From a virus, in the IMG/VR virus record IMGVR_UViG_3300045921_000291: DNA of 64,000 bases. One strand, 5' to 3'. The notes below the pieces were generated by a model, which searched no databases, had not been told where the DNA came from, and saw only the letters and a list, made by a program, of their open reading frames with translations. This document shows positions 9,679 to 19,664 of the stretch, one piece after another (positions within the stretch are counted from its first letter, which is position 1; every line of letters starts with the position of its first letter). Made by a program: the position numbers and the translations under genes.

Positions 9679-10029
9679 TTATCTCTTTTTTAAATTCATT
9701 TCTATTAGGATATTTTGTAGATTATCCATTTTTTGTGAAATTTTAGCAATTGAATCTAAGGAATCTTCTTCTATTTGACTAACAAATACTTTCAGAGCTT
9801 CTATATCTTTTATGAAATTTTCAATTTTACTCTCAATTGATATTATTCTTTTTTCCATCTCTAACTTCTCTTTGAACACATCCTCCGCAGATTTGGCATT
9901 CAACGAAGGGGTTTCTTTCTCTGTCTCTTTATCAGATGCAGACTTCTTGTTCGCATTTCTTATACGAATGAACGTCTCACTAACAATAGTGACGACACCC
10001 AGAACAACTGTTACTTCTTCCCAAGACAT
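9679..10029 (-). CDS. membrane-anchored coiled-coil protein (possible lysis accessory)
   Basis: Short N-terminal hydrophobic segment followed by heptad-like coiled coil. Confidence 0.55.
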   Translation of the reverse strand: MSWEEVTVVLGVVTIVSETFIRIRNANKKSASDKETEKETPSLNAKSAEDVFKEKLEMEKRIISIESKIENFIKDIEALKVFVSQIEEDSLDSIAKISQKMDNLQNILIEMNLKKR

Positions 10030-10155
10030 CTATCGATTGTAAAGCTATATTTACCCTATATATTGGATAAATCATCGAGAATAGTTGATTTACGTATCAT
10101 TCTAGTAGTATTTTTGTCAAATGATGAAAATAAGTATTTGAACTAAATATTAAAT

Positions 10156-10557
10156 TTATTTTATAGTAGTATTTTTCTTGGATGGGTCGAAAAACAATGC
10201 AGATATTTCAGCTTCATATAGAAAAACTTTAACTAGAAGGGCATCTGATAACTCTGGAGTTTGTATGAAAGTGACCTGTAACTGATAAGGTAGGGTATTT
10301 AATTCTGTGATATATGTGTTAATTTGCTCTCTTAAAACGTCTTCTACAAATCTGGCATCCACTTGTGTCTTGTACAGGTAAAACTCTAAATCAGCACCAA
10401 AATCAACATCCCCCAATACCTCACCCTTTCGAGTGTACATTATCATTTCTAGTTTGGCTACGATAATATCAAGTGGCGTATCATTTATAATCAAATCAGG
10501 TGAGTAATTAGCATGCCTATCTGACCTAATATAAATATCAGTTGTAACTTCTGTCAT
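10156..10557 (-). CDS. gp25: baseplate wedge subunit (gp25-like)
   Basis: YTRKGEVLGDVDFGADLEFYLY matches the gp25 T..GER...PdFG..L..lLF motif; likely start ATG 10557. Confidence 0.8.
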   Translation of the reverse strand: MTEVTTDIYIRSDRHANYSPDLIINDTPLDIIVAKLEMIMYTRKGEVLGDVDFGADLEFYLYKTQVDARFVEDVLREQINTYITELNTLPYQLQVTFIQTPELSDALLVKVFLYEAEISALFFDPSKKNTTIK

Positions 10558-10870
10558 AAACATATATATTCGTGGTTAAAACTGAATGCTCATATAAAAA
10601 AGTATAGTTTAATACTCAATGAAACTTAAATATAAAACTAATACAAAAAATAATAACCAATTGAAATTACTAATTTTTTACCTAATATCTAAAAACCCCA
10701 AAAAGTTTATTAGATGGACTAAATCTAGTTAGACCAATTATCACTGGCATAAAAAAAACACAAAATGGGTTAGAGAAGAATACGAGACAGTTAGAAAGGA
10801 TATAATAATTGGCGGAATTTAATTTATTCTAGTTTAACCATAACATGGTCAGACCAATCTAGCACTTAAA

Positions 10871-10906
10871 TAAAAACCCTCTTAATTAGAGGGACGGTCT
10901 AATTAA
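10871..10906 (-). terminator. terminator overlapped by an alternative hairpin
   Basis: Stem CCCTCT/AGAGGG (10877-10893) followed by T5 on the minus strand; overlaps 9-bp stem 10882-10890/10898-10906. Confidence 0.5.
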
Positions 10907-11075
10907 AAATAATCATATTGCTGTTATGAAATCCATGATAGAATAAATATCACAGTCGCTTACTTTTAGCTATTTTACAATAATATGGTTATTTTAATCG
11001 TATTTTCTATGTGACAATTAAGCCGAATGGTTTATTTATATGTCGCTAAATTTAATTTATTATAATCAGAATCAA

Positions 11076-12650
11076 TTACAAATCAATCCATGTTTCAGTA
11101 AATGCGTAAGATTGTTCATTGTATATTTTTTTTCTGATGTTCCAATGTTTCCAGAAAATGTTACCTTTTCCGCCTTTATTTTTCTTAGGGTCTTGGTATA
11201 TGTCCACTATATCAAACACATTCAATTTTTCTTTTTCGGAGTGTAATCTAAGACCTCTACCTATAGACTGTCTGACTATCTTATAGCTCTTGTATGAATC
11301 AGCAAATATAATATTGAATATAGCCTTTATAGAAACACCAGTGGATAATGTACCATATGATGCTATCAGTATTTTAGGTCTATTAGGGTCGCTTATCTCC
11401 ATATCTTTTATTATCTGACTTCTATTAGTGCCAGATTGTTCGCCATCTATATAATAAATGTCCCTATCTGTAAATCGCTTCTTGGCTTCTTCATATAGAG
11501 AGGTGCCGAACTCAATTGTATAAAATAGACATAGTGTGTTCTTTTTAGCCTTCCCTATCATTCTATCCAATATCATGTTCATTCTAGCTTCTGATTCATG
11601 TATGAACTTACGCTCCAATAGTAAAGCTTCGGTGCCTCCCCCCGATGAAGATACCATTCTACAGTGTCTATAGAAGTCAGGTCTATTATGATTTAATATG
11701 AGTGCTTTTATAGTTAGATTTGATATAGTCCCAGACTTAATTAACATAGAAGCAGGTATAACAGTAACTTTAGGTCCAAGAAACTGCTCTATCTCTAAAA
11801 CTTCCATTGAATCTTTTGGTGGGAATGTCCCAGATACACCCGCCTTTATTCTGGCGTTTATACATCTCCTCAATATCTTCTTCATAGTTTTACTACCAGC
11901 CCCGTGCGCTTCATCTACAATAATATCTGTGAACTGCTTAAAGTATTGTGCATCTAAATCACCAAGAGATTGGTAAGTCGCTATTACTACATTAGGGCTT
12001 TCAGAGCTCCTAGGTTTGTCTGACATTATTTCCTCTATTCTTATGTCTATTGGATTTGGATTCTCTTTATTGTAACCAAAATTATAATCCATTAAATCAT
12101 TATAAAATTGCTTAACCAATAAAATAGAAGGAGCTATAACTAAACACTTAGCTTTAGAGTCTATATTGGAAAGTAAGTACATAACGACCATAGACGTGAT
12201 GAGTGTTTTGCCACCCCCTGTAGCTATCTCCGTCATAGTATGCCCGTACTTTATCATCTTCCAAGCAGCTTTAATCTGATACTCATAAGGGTAAAATGCG
12301 ATGTCTTTGTCTTTTATCTTTCGGTTAGAAAAGAAAACTTTAACCCATTCTCTGAATTTATTTTCATCCACCCCCTTTAATAGTGGTAACTTATCCTTGT
12401 TTATCACCTTAAATTCATATCCATACTTATCACAAGCTTCCTTTACCTGCCCCCACAACCCAAGACGACATTTGGCATCTCGCATGTACCTGTTCTTACC
12501 ATCCCACAAACCCATCTTAACAGCAGGGTCAAACATCCAGTCTTCTTTATATCTAGCCAACCATGAAGTTATTTGTTTAATCTCTTTAGGTTCAGCTTTG
12601 GTTATCCTTAAATATGGGCCATCTTTTTGATGTATAACTTCAAATTCCAT
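11076..12650 (-). CDS. uvsW: SF2 DNA helicase (T4 UvsW-like)
   Basis: PYEYQ Q-motif, ATGGGKT Walker A, DEAH, SGT motif III, STGVSI, RQSIGRGLR motif VI. Confidence 0.93.
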   Translation of the reverse strand: MEFEVIHQKDGPYLRITKAEPKEIKQITSWLARYKEDWMFDPAVKMGLWDGKNRYMRDAKCRLGLWGQVKEACDKYGYEFKVINKDKLPLLKGVDENKFREWVKVFFSNRKIKDKDIAFYPYEYQIKAAWKMIKYGHTMTEIATGGGKTLITSMVVMYLLSNIDSKAKCLVIAPSILLVKQFYNDLMDYNFGYNKENPNPIDIRIEEIMSDKPRSSESPNVVIATYQSLGDLDAQYFKQFTDIIVDEAHGAGSKTMKKILRRCINARIKAGVSGTFPPKDSMEVLEIEQFLGPKVTVIPASMLIKSGTISNLTIKALILNHNRPDFYRHCRMVSSSGGGTEALLLERKFIHESEARMNMILDRMIGKAKKNTLCLFYTIEFGTSLYEEAKKRFTDRDIYYIDGEQSGTNRSQIIKDMEISDPNRPKILIASYGTLSTGVSIKAIFNIIFADSYKSYKIVRQSIGRGLRLHSEKEKLNVFDIVDIYQDPKKNKGGKGNIFWKHWNIRKKIYNEQSYAFTETWIDL

Positions 12651-13216
12651 AATTATTCTACTTTACTTAATACTTATAGTTATTTTTCTTACTCTTTTCA
12701 AAAAAAATTGAATCTGTAATGTAATTTACTTTTTAGGTAGTTTGATAGCAACCATCTAAAAAGTAAGAATAATGAAAAATCAAGAAATGAAAAAACTAAA
12801 AATCAGTTTCTGATACCTCTGATTTATACAGTAGAGGATACAAATTCAATCACTATATTTAATTTTAAATCTAAGTAACAAATTATGCATAGAAATAAAA
12901 ACCCCCGATAATTTAAGCGATATCACAAAAATGATATTATAAAATACAAAATCATCCATTCAATTTGTTAATAATAAACACTACCATGCAAAAATGTATC
13001 AGTAAGTCATATAGCAGACTTAAGATTCATCTGAACTCTTGGAATGATAATAGAGACATCTTATTTAATATAATATTTAATAAAAACCGATAATTTATTA
13101 AGGTCTAGGTTTCTTTATATCACATTTATCTATTTAAGTCTTGGATTGAAAGAGCAGGTGAAAACTTAGCTTATTTCGATTTGACGTATAAAAAAGGTGA
13201 TAATATACCCACCTTG

Positions 13217-13226
13217 TATATAAATA
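13217..13226 (+). promoter_or_regulatory. putative late promoter
   Basis: TATATAAATA contains both the TATATA box and the exact T4 late consensus TATAAATA. Confidence 0.6.
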
Positions 13227-13230
13227 AAGC

Positions 13231-13590
13231 ATGAGACTAATCGAATTCAGAAGCAAAATAAATGAAGGTATTGCAAAGCCAATCATTTACAAAGTAACGG
13301 ATAATAAAATAATAGAAATACTTTTAGATGTTGAGGGTAATTACATTAAACCAAATACTGAATTTATAAGTAAATCGTATCATATTGAACTGTCTCGTAT
13401 ATTCCCAAATGATATACTGATTTCAGTAAATGATTCAGAAGGTACACCTTACCTATCCTTTACATTAGACACTAATAAAAAAACATTCCACCACAACCGT
13501 TCGGGTAGTAGAACTATCCCATATAAAAAAGAAAAGGAGTTGGGTGATTTACTAATTAAAAAGTATGAGATAAGTGGTTTCTGGAGTTAA
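13231..13590 (+). CDS. hypothetical protein with capsid-targeting-like N-terminus
   Basis: 119 aa, begins MRLIEFRSKINEG. Confidence 0.7.
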   Translation: MRLIEFRSKINEGIAKPIIYKVTDNKIIEILLDVEGNYIKPNTEFISKSYHIELSRIFPNDILISVNDSEGTPYLSFTLDTNKKTFHHNRSGSRTIPYKKEKELGDLLIKKYEISGFWS

Positions 13591-14654
13591 ACCTCAATCA
13601 TCATTTCACGAATAAGCTCCAATACTTTATCTTTTAATTCGGAATCTTCTATATTCTGATTGATATATTCTGTTGACAACGCTTGTAAATCCCATGATGA
13701 GGGTAGTATCTCTATTTTACTTTCATCCACAAACAATGGGTTAAGCGCAGCCACATCATCTACATAAGAGACCGACTTAACTCTACCTGTTTCGGATATG
13801 CGTTGTACCTTTTTCTTCAAGTTGGGTGATGATTCCATTTCCGATATATTGACTTTCAAGTCTACCCAGTTTTTACCCTCAATTATCTCTTCAATTTTAG
13901 AAAAATCTGAGTTTTCGTTTACTTCAAGTACAACGTATTCTGGAGAAATCGTATTCTCTACAAATTGACAAGCCAATGTTTCCATGTCAATCACATGAAA
14001 GCCTTTTTTATTGCCTATATCCTTACGAGAAAGATGGTAAGGGGTGCCTGTGAATAATACGTTCTTTATCTTCTGTCTGATATGTATATGTCCCGATACA
14101 ACCAAATCAAATTTAGAATAGTCATCTATTCTCAATCCAAAATCACAAACATCTGATTTAGATGCACCCCATCTAGCACCATATAAATCTGTGTGTGCGA
14201 ACAAAAGGGATGAATTGTAATCTTCATTTGATATTATGTCTTTAAGCTCTTTGGTAGAGTGTACATATGGGCACATGAGCACTCTACGTCCACCCAATTT
14301 TATTTCATTGGGTGATGTGTGTAAATGTACATTTTTGAATTTTAGCGCATTTATAGAGATGTACTCTCTGGATTTTTCCTGATACATGTCATGGTTGCCA
14401 CATAAAACATGTACATCGCATATGCTTGACAATGCTTCGAATATACGTATACCCACACACATCGCTTTGATATTTATGGCAGTCCTATTGTCAAACACAT
14501 CCCCTAGTTGTACTATAACATCACCATCTTCGTAATTGGCTTCTATATAAGGTATGGCTTCCTTAAAAAAATAATTCTCAACTATGTGGACGTATTCGTC
14601 CAATTGCAAAGGGTGCACGCCTAAGTGTAGGTCTCCAAAGACAAATGCTTTCAT
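13587..14654 (-). CDS. gp47: recombination endonuclease nuclease subunit (T4 gp47 / SbcD / Mre11-like)
   Basis: Metallophosphoesterase motifs GDLH, GDVFD, GNHD, AHTD, GHIH. Confidence 0.93.
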   Translation of the reverse strand: MKAFVFGDLHLGVHPLQLDEYVHIVENYFFKEAIPYIEANYEDGDVIVQLGDVFDNRTAINIKAMCVGIRIFEALSSICDVHVLCGNHDMYQEKSREYISINALKFKNVHLHTSPNEIKLGGRRVLMCPYVHSTKELKDIISNEDYNSSLLFAHTDLYGARWGASKSDVCDFGLRIDDYSKFDLVVSGHIHIRQKIKNVLFTGTPYHLSRKDIGNKKGFHVIDMETLACQFVENTISPEYVVLEVNENSDFSKIEEIIEGKNWVDLKVNISEMESSPNLKKKVQRISETGRVKSVSYVDDVAALNPLFVDESKIEILPSSWDLQALSTEYINQNIEDSELKDKVLELIREMMIEV

Positions 14655-14742
14655 ACTTAATTGTACTTCCCATAAATAAAAAAGTCATGTAATAACTATG
14701 TTATCCGTTTATAATATAAAAAAAAAACCTTATATTTGAACT

Positions 14743-15139
14743 ATGGATATTGAAAAATTGGACATAGGGGTCACCATGTTCCATCTTAATGAAGAAACTG
14801 ATAGATGGGACTTTGACTGTAATCTATCATTGGGACAGGACGTGTCAAGTGATATAGATTCACCTATAGCTATCGGTGAGGTGAAAGAGAATTTTAAAAT
14901 CCAGTGGGGTTACCTATTCAAAAACAATAAACTTTCCTACTGAAATAAAGGCAAAATTTATCATGTTGTCGTCAATAGAAAACTTCACAGGATGGAAAAT
15001 AAACCACATAGGCTCTATAGAAATATTCTCAAATGGAGTAAATCGAGAAAATATTCTACCACTTTTAGAGTATCTAATAATAGAAAGAGAAGCTGTATGT
15101 ATGGCTGATGTTGTTATTCATCCTCCATTATATTTTTAA
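14743..15139 (+). pseudogene. possibly frameshifted hypothetical gene (14743..14943 plus 14963..15139)
   Basis: 66-aa ORF; a second frame stays open from the G-run near 14906 through MLSSIENF...PPLYF; TATATTTG (14731-14738) upstream. Confidence 0.35.
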
Positions 15140-15191
15140 CAAATAAAAGGTTTTCTATAATAAAAGACCGATTAACCTAATCTAAATTGAT

Positions 15192-15557
15192 ATGATTATC
15201 TCATTTGATTTCGACGGAGTAATAGACTTCGAAAAAACACAAACCGATAAACCAGAGGTGAACCATGTTGATTCACTCATAAAGACTTTTATAGAAGCTG
15301 GTCATCGTGTCATATGTATCACATCGAGAGACATAAAACACTGTGACCATGCTTTCTCAAATAGACTAAAAGAATTGGGTATAGAATCATTCTTCACTAC
15401 TTCCCATTCAAGCAAAGTAGAAATAATCACACAAATGAACGTGGATTTACATTTTGATGATGATTGGATTGAAGTATACCAAATAAACCAAAGACACCAA
15501 GGTAGAGGTGTATTGGTAAACTTAAACGTACCTCTGGATGCTACCTACGAATACTAA
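15192..15557 (+). CDS. HAD-superfamily phosphatase
   Basis: N-terminal IISFDFDGV (DxDG), ITSR, K, HFDDD motifs. Confidence 0.75.
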   Translation: MIISFDFDGVIDFEKTQTDKPEVNHVDSLIKTFIEAGHRVICITSRDIKHCDHAFSNRLKELGIESFFTTSHSSKVEIITQMNVDLHFDDDWIEVYQINQRHQGRGVLVNLNVPLDATYEY

Positions 15558-16159
15558 GGTTGAGGTTCAGTTTCTGGTAATTCGGAAGCGTGGTCTTCCC
15601 TTAACTTCTCTTCTATAGCATCTAAAAAAGTCTCTGCTAATGTTCTACTAGACATTTGATTCACCCAGTACACATAACGCTCACCTTGTATGGAATAATA
15701 CATCGGCTGAACTATAACAGGTGTACCATTTGGGGATAATTGTTCTCTATGATAGTAAACGGTCAAAGTTTGAGATACATTATCAATTCTGGTTTCTATT
15801 AACTTCAAACGCTGTGGCATTTGTGTGCTTGAATCATTATTCAATGTAATGTATAAATTGGTATCCGTCACGAACATTGCACCTATGTGCTCGTTTATGT
15901 AACCATAATACTTCTCAAAGGCTGTTTGATTTTCATCTGAAACAAATACAACCCCACCGAAAGATGTAATCTCAGCTACTTGTTCAGAAGATAATTCTCC
16001 TGAATCCATTTCAAGTCTTATATAATACTGATGAATTGGTATTTGTCTACCTTTACTGTCTTGTTTGAATTCATATGAAACAACTCTACAAACCTGTAGT
16101 AAAGTATCATATTGTAAAACCAAATCGTTCAAATTTGCTTGTGGTATAATCCCTATCAT
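15554..16159 (-). CDS. hypothetical protein coupled to the LamG gene
   Basis: 201 aa; 4-nt start/stop overlap with 16156..18483. Confidence 0.7.
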   Translation of the reverse strand: MIGIIPQANLNDLVLQYDTLLQVCRVVSYEFKQDSKGRQIPIHQYYIRLEMDSGELSSEQVAEITSFGGVVFVSDENQTAFEKYYGYINEHIGAMFVTDTNLYITLNNDSSTQMPQRLKLIETRIDNVSQTLTVYYHREQLSPNGTPVIVQPMYYSIQGERYVYWVNQMSSRTLAETFLDAIEEKLREDHASELPETEPQP

Positions 16160-18483
16160 ATTTTTATATATCTCCCATCGGGTCCATCATTGAGCCAAAA
16201 TCCGCCGTTTAAGTTTGTAGCAGCTCCTGCATTATTGACCGTTCCGTTATTACCATTACCAGAATAATCTCTAACATTTGTACCCTCTATATCATTTAAC
16301 AACCATTTACCTACTAATGCGGATTGCGCAGATACAGGGGTATCACCCCATATAAGGTGTCTGGATGCTAATTCAGCAGCTTCTGCTGATGTAAGTGCTC
16401 TGTTAAAGAATTGAACATTAGCAAAACGATTATTACCCACACCCGCAAATAAGTTTTCTCGTCCTATCCGCCACTGACCTCCTATCAAATCGGCATTTTC
16501 AGTGAATGAATCATTTGCTTCAACTGATTTTGCGGTAAATAATCTCCCGTTTCTATACATTAACCAATTATTAGGGTCGTTACCAACTTTAACAGCAACG
16601 ATATGAAACCATTCGCCAATAGCCCAAGCTGGATTTGATCCATTACCAAATAAAACACTTTTAGCTAAATTGGCGTTTCTTATCTGAAATCTAATTTGTC
16701 TCCCTGCACCAAAGTCTCGATAATTTACCCACAGTCTGTTGTTCCCGTCTACATTCTTAGTAATACCGGGTCCGCCTGCCCCTATATTTAAGCTGGTATC
16801 TATTTTACCCCAGAAAGCTATACTAAAATCACTGGTACTAAATCTTAGTGCGGTTGGATCTCCTAAGTTTATTTCTTGTGTTCCTCCAGTAAATGATGCA
16901 CACCATTTATAAGGTGTATCAATGACTGCATCATCTCTTAAGTCTGATGCTAAACTTGTACGTGCTTTATTACTTGTGCTGTAATTAAGTGAAGTAAATC
17001 CAAAAAGCGTACCCGTATTACCATTACCTGAACGATCAGTTATAGTGGTAGAAGTCGGTGTCTCTGCAAAGTTATAGTATGAAATCAAATTACTCGATAA
17101 AGAAGATATAGGAGATGCTAATCTACCATTATTATAAAGTGTGGATACTTCACTAGCACTTAAATTAGTATTATATAATTGTATGTTAGCCAGTGATATA
17201 TTTGCAAATCTTATACCTTCCCAGTCACCCAATAAAATAGGTACAGTATTACTAACATCATTAGAACTAGTGCCCGAATTCACAACGACTCCGTTTTGAT
17301 ACATTGTAATAGTGCTACCATTTCTAACAATAACATGATGAAACCATTTACCAACATCACCAGAAGAATAAAGCGGTCCATTCAGTTCCATTATTATAAC
17401 GGAATCAAACATAGTAAATCTAAATCTATTACCACCAAAAGCGGTACGTGAAAATAAGTTTATTCCTCGACTTGTTCCTCCCGATATTCTTTTAGAGAAA
17501 ACCGCTCTGGTACCTGTTTGTATAGATTCCAATCTAGTCCATATAGAGATAGACCAATTTGAATTAGAACCTATTATATTGTTACTCGTAGAATTGGGTA
17601 TAGATATGTAATCATCGGTACCATCAAATAGCATAGAATTTGCCACTTGTACACCAGACGATACATCAAATTTTTCATTGAACGATTTATATGTTTTCGA
17701 ACTAGCTACTGGTTGACCTGCATCTAAAGTATAACCTATTAGCGTACCGTGATTTTTTTGACCGGATTGGTCAACTGATAACTCTTCATTTGTATATAAT
17801 TGTTCGCTTTCTAATTTATGCCATAATCTCAAATTGTTAACGAATATGCTATTTGAAACGTCACCTAACACAATAGGACTTGCACCTGTCCCTTTATTGT
17901 AAAGTCTTCCTATTTGTGCTTGAGAGAGCGCTATATTATACAACTGAAAGTCTGCTAGTTGACCGGTGAATTTATCTGATGTTGGAAATTGAGCACCTAT
18001 TGTTAACGGTTCATTGTTACTCACACTACCATCTCCATTTAATGTGGCACCTGATTGAAAATCAGTCCCTATATTTGGACCCCCATTCACATGTATACGA
18101 AAATCCGCTATGTTATTACCAACTCTAACCAATGTAATCATCACCCATGTATTTAATGGTGTTAATGAAACTGAAAGTTGTTTTCTAACATTGGTTACCA
18201 ATGAAGAATCTATACAAATGAATTCCCATCCACCGCCAGAAATATATCTGAAAGACCAACCAGGGATAGTTGGGGTAGAAAGTCTTTTACCAATCACACC
18301 TCTATTCAATCCACCTAAGGTTTCTCGTTTCATCCAAAAATTAACAGTGAAGTCACCTGCACCAAAGTTCAATGATGTATTATGAGGTACATTGATATAT
18401 TGTGTAGTGCCGTTGAATGATAAAGCTGTTCTATGGTATAAATTACCATCTACCGTTCTGTCGGAGTATAACGCTATAGACAT
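16156..18483 (-). CDS. virion adhesin with three LamG/concanavalin-A-like domains
   Basis: Three repeats of FdG..YI....FTV.FW.K....W.HI..V......Y.NG....IG.....F.G.L...Q.YN.AL. Confidence 0.85.
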   Translation of the reverse strand: MSIALYSDRTVDGNLYHRTALSFNGTTQYINVPHNTSLNFGAGDFTVNFWMKRETLGGLNRGVIGKRLSTPTIPGWSFRYISGGGWEFICIDSSLVTNVRKQLSVSLTPLNTWVMITLVRVGNNIADFRIHVNGGPNIGTDFQSGATLNGDGSVSNNEPLTIGAQFPTSDKFTGQLADFQLYNIALSQAQIGRLYNKGTGASPIVLGDVSNSIFVNNLRLWHKLESEQLYTNEELSVDQSGQKNHGTLIGYTLDAGQPVASSKTYKSFNEKFDVSSGVQVANSMLFDGTDDYISIPNSTSNNIIGSNSNWSISIWTRLESIQTGTRAVFSKRISGGTSRGINLFSRTAFGGNRFRFTMFDSVIIMELNGPLYSSGDVGKWFHHVIVRNGSTITMYQNGVVVNSGTSSNDVSNTVPILLGDWEGIRFANISLANIQLYNTNLSASEVSTLYNNGRLASPISSLSSNLISYYNFAETPTSTTITDRSGNGNTGTLFGFTSLNYSTSNKARTSLASDLRDDAVIDTPYKWCASFTGGTQEINLGDPTALRFSTSDFSIAFWGKIDTSLNIGAGGPGITKNVDGNNRLWVNYRDFGAGRQIRFQIRNANLAKSVLFGNGSNPAWAIGEWFHIVAVKVGNDPNNWLMYRNGRLFTAKSVEANDSFTENADLIGGQWRIGRENLFAGVGNNRFANVQFFNRALTSAEAAELASRHLIWGDTPVSAQSALVGKWLLNDIEGTNVRDYSGNGNNGTVNNAGAATNLNGGFWLNDGPDGRYIKI

Positions 18484-18484
18484 G

Positions 18485-19573
18485 TTAGTTTGTCATTCCT
18501 TTCTTGAAATTAGTTATGAATAAATTAGTACCATCATAGTAAAATTGTATAATATCTATACTATTAGGTAATGTTGATAGAACTGGATATTCACCGATTC
18601 CCCATCTAACAATAGACGAATTAGCCAAATCTAACGTTCTGCTGCCAGTTGAATCTTGTACAACAAATAGCATATATTCGCCAACCGTTAAGTTAGTTGG
18701 TGTCGCGAATAATCGGTTACCAGCTAATGTAACTCTAGCCACATTACCATTCGCGGTATTCCAGTTAACAGTACCCGCGTCGGTCAAAGTCAATGTATTA
18801 GAGAAATTAACTCTTCTCCATTGTGATTGAGTATAAACTTCCACGTGCGGTGCATCATACTTAATCATACCATTAGAAGGTGTACCTGAAAAATCTGTAC
18901 CACCTAATTGCACCACACCCTGTCCACTGCCACCTATACTTAATATATCATTGTTCGGGTCTATTGTTAAACTACCAGATGGTGTTATAATTGATGCCGT
19001 ACCAGAAATAGGATTAAATGAGTAAACGCTTGTTGATGAATCAAATATGATAGAACCTCCGTTCCCGACTATGGCTCTGTTTGAGTCGTTTATACTTATA
19101 TTACTGGAAGGGATATAGTCAGTGCCATTCCAAATTGGTATTTGACCAGATGTTGTACCTGATACTAATATATCGAAATTAACCCAAGCGGTACCGTCAT
19201 ATCCTTGGAAATTCGTACCATTCCATCTTATATTACCAGAAGTTGTATTAGTTGTTGTTCCTATTCTTATAGAATCACTAAATATAGCCAATTCTGAAGT
19301 GATTGTTAAAGAGCTATTGTTAGAACCTTTAGTGTTAGTTATAAGTATATTACCAGTACTAGCAGATGTGTGTTCTATTCTCAAGTCCCCATCACCTGAT
19401 TGTATAATTCTCAGCCCCGTTGTTCCTTCGTCTTCTAATAAAAGAGACGCGCTGGGGGATTCGTTAACTAATTTGAAATTACCTGTCGATGTTGGAGGAT
19501 TATTGAAGATGCCACCTATAAGAGAGGTGGAAAGTAAATCTATATGTTTGAAATATTTACTTGAAATTGACAT
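18485..19573 (-). CDS. fibre/whisker-like structural protein
   Basis: G/S/T/N-rich; GNIRWNGTNFQGYDGTAWVNFD module; C-terminal VNWNTANGN..LTVGEYMLFVVQD domain; start MSISSK at 19573. Confidence 0.75.
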   Translation of the reverse strand: MSISSKYFKHIDLLSTSLIGGIFNNPPTSTGNFKLVNESPSASLLLEDEGTTGLRIIQSGDGDLRIEHTSASTGNILITNTKGSNNSSLTITSELAIFSDSIRIGTTTNTTSGNIRWNGTNFQGYDGTAWVNFDILVSGTTSGQIPIWNGTDYIPSSNISINDSNRAIVGNGGSIIFDSSTSVYSFNPISGTASIITPSGSLTIDPNNDILSIGGSGQGVVQLGGTDFSGTPSNGMIKYDAPHVEVYTQSQWRRVNFSNTLTLTDAGTVNWNTANGNVARVTLAGNRLFATPTNLTVGEYMLFVVQDSTGSRTLDLANSSIVRWGIGEYPVLSTLPNSIDIIQFYYDGTNLFITNFKKGMTN

Positions 19574-19607
19574 ACTGTATATATCGTGAAGCACACTATA
19601 ACAAATA

Positions 19608-19629
19608 GGGGTCTCCTTTCGGAAACCCC
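19608..19629 (-). terminator. hairpin/terminator with GAAA tetraloop
   Basis: Minus strand GGGGTTTCC-GAAA-GGAGACCCC followed by TATTTG. Confidence 0.6.
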
Positions 19630-19664
19630 ACAGTCCTAAGCGAATATAGGTTTGAATAATCTAA

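Noticed and set aside
10620-10822. Possible small gene with internal TAG read-through (MKLKYKT...SS*TNYH...GGI)
   Set aside because: Low-complexity AT-rich frame with no recognisable motif and no support for read-through; more likely chance or decay.
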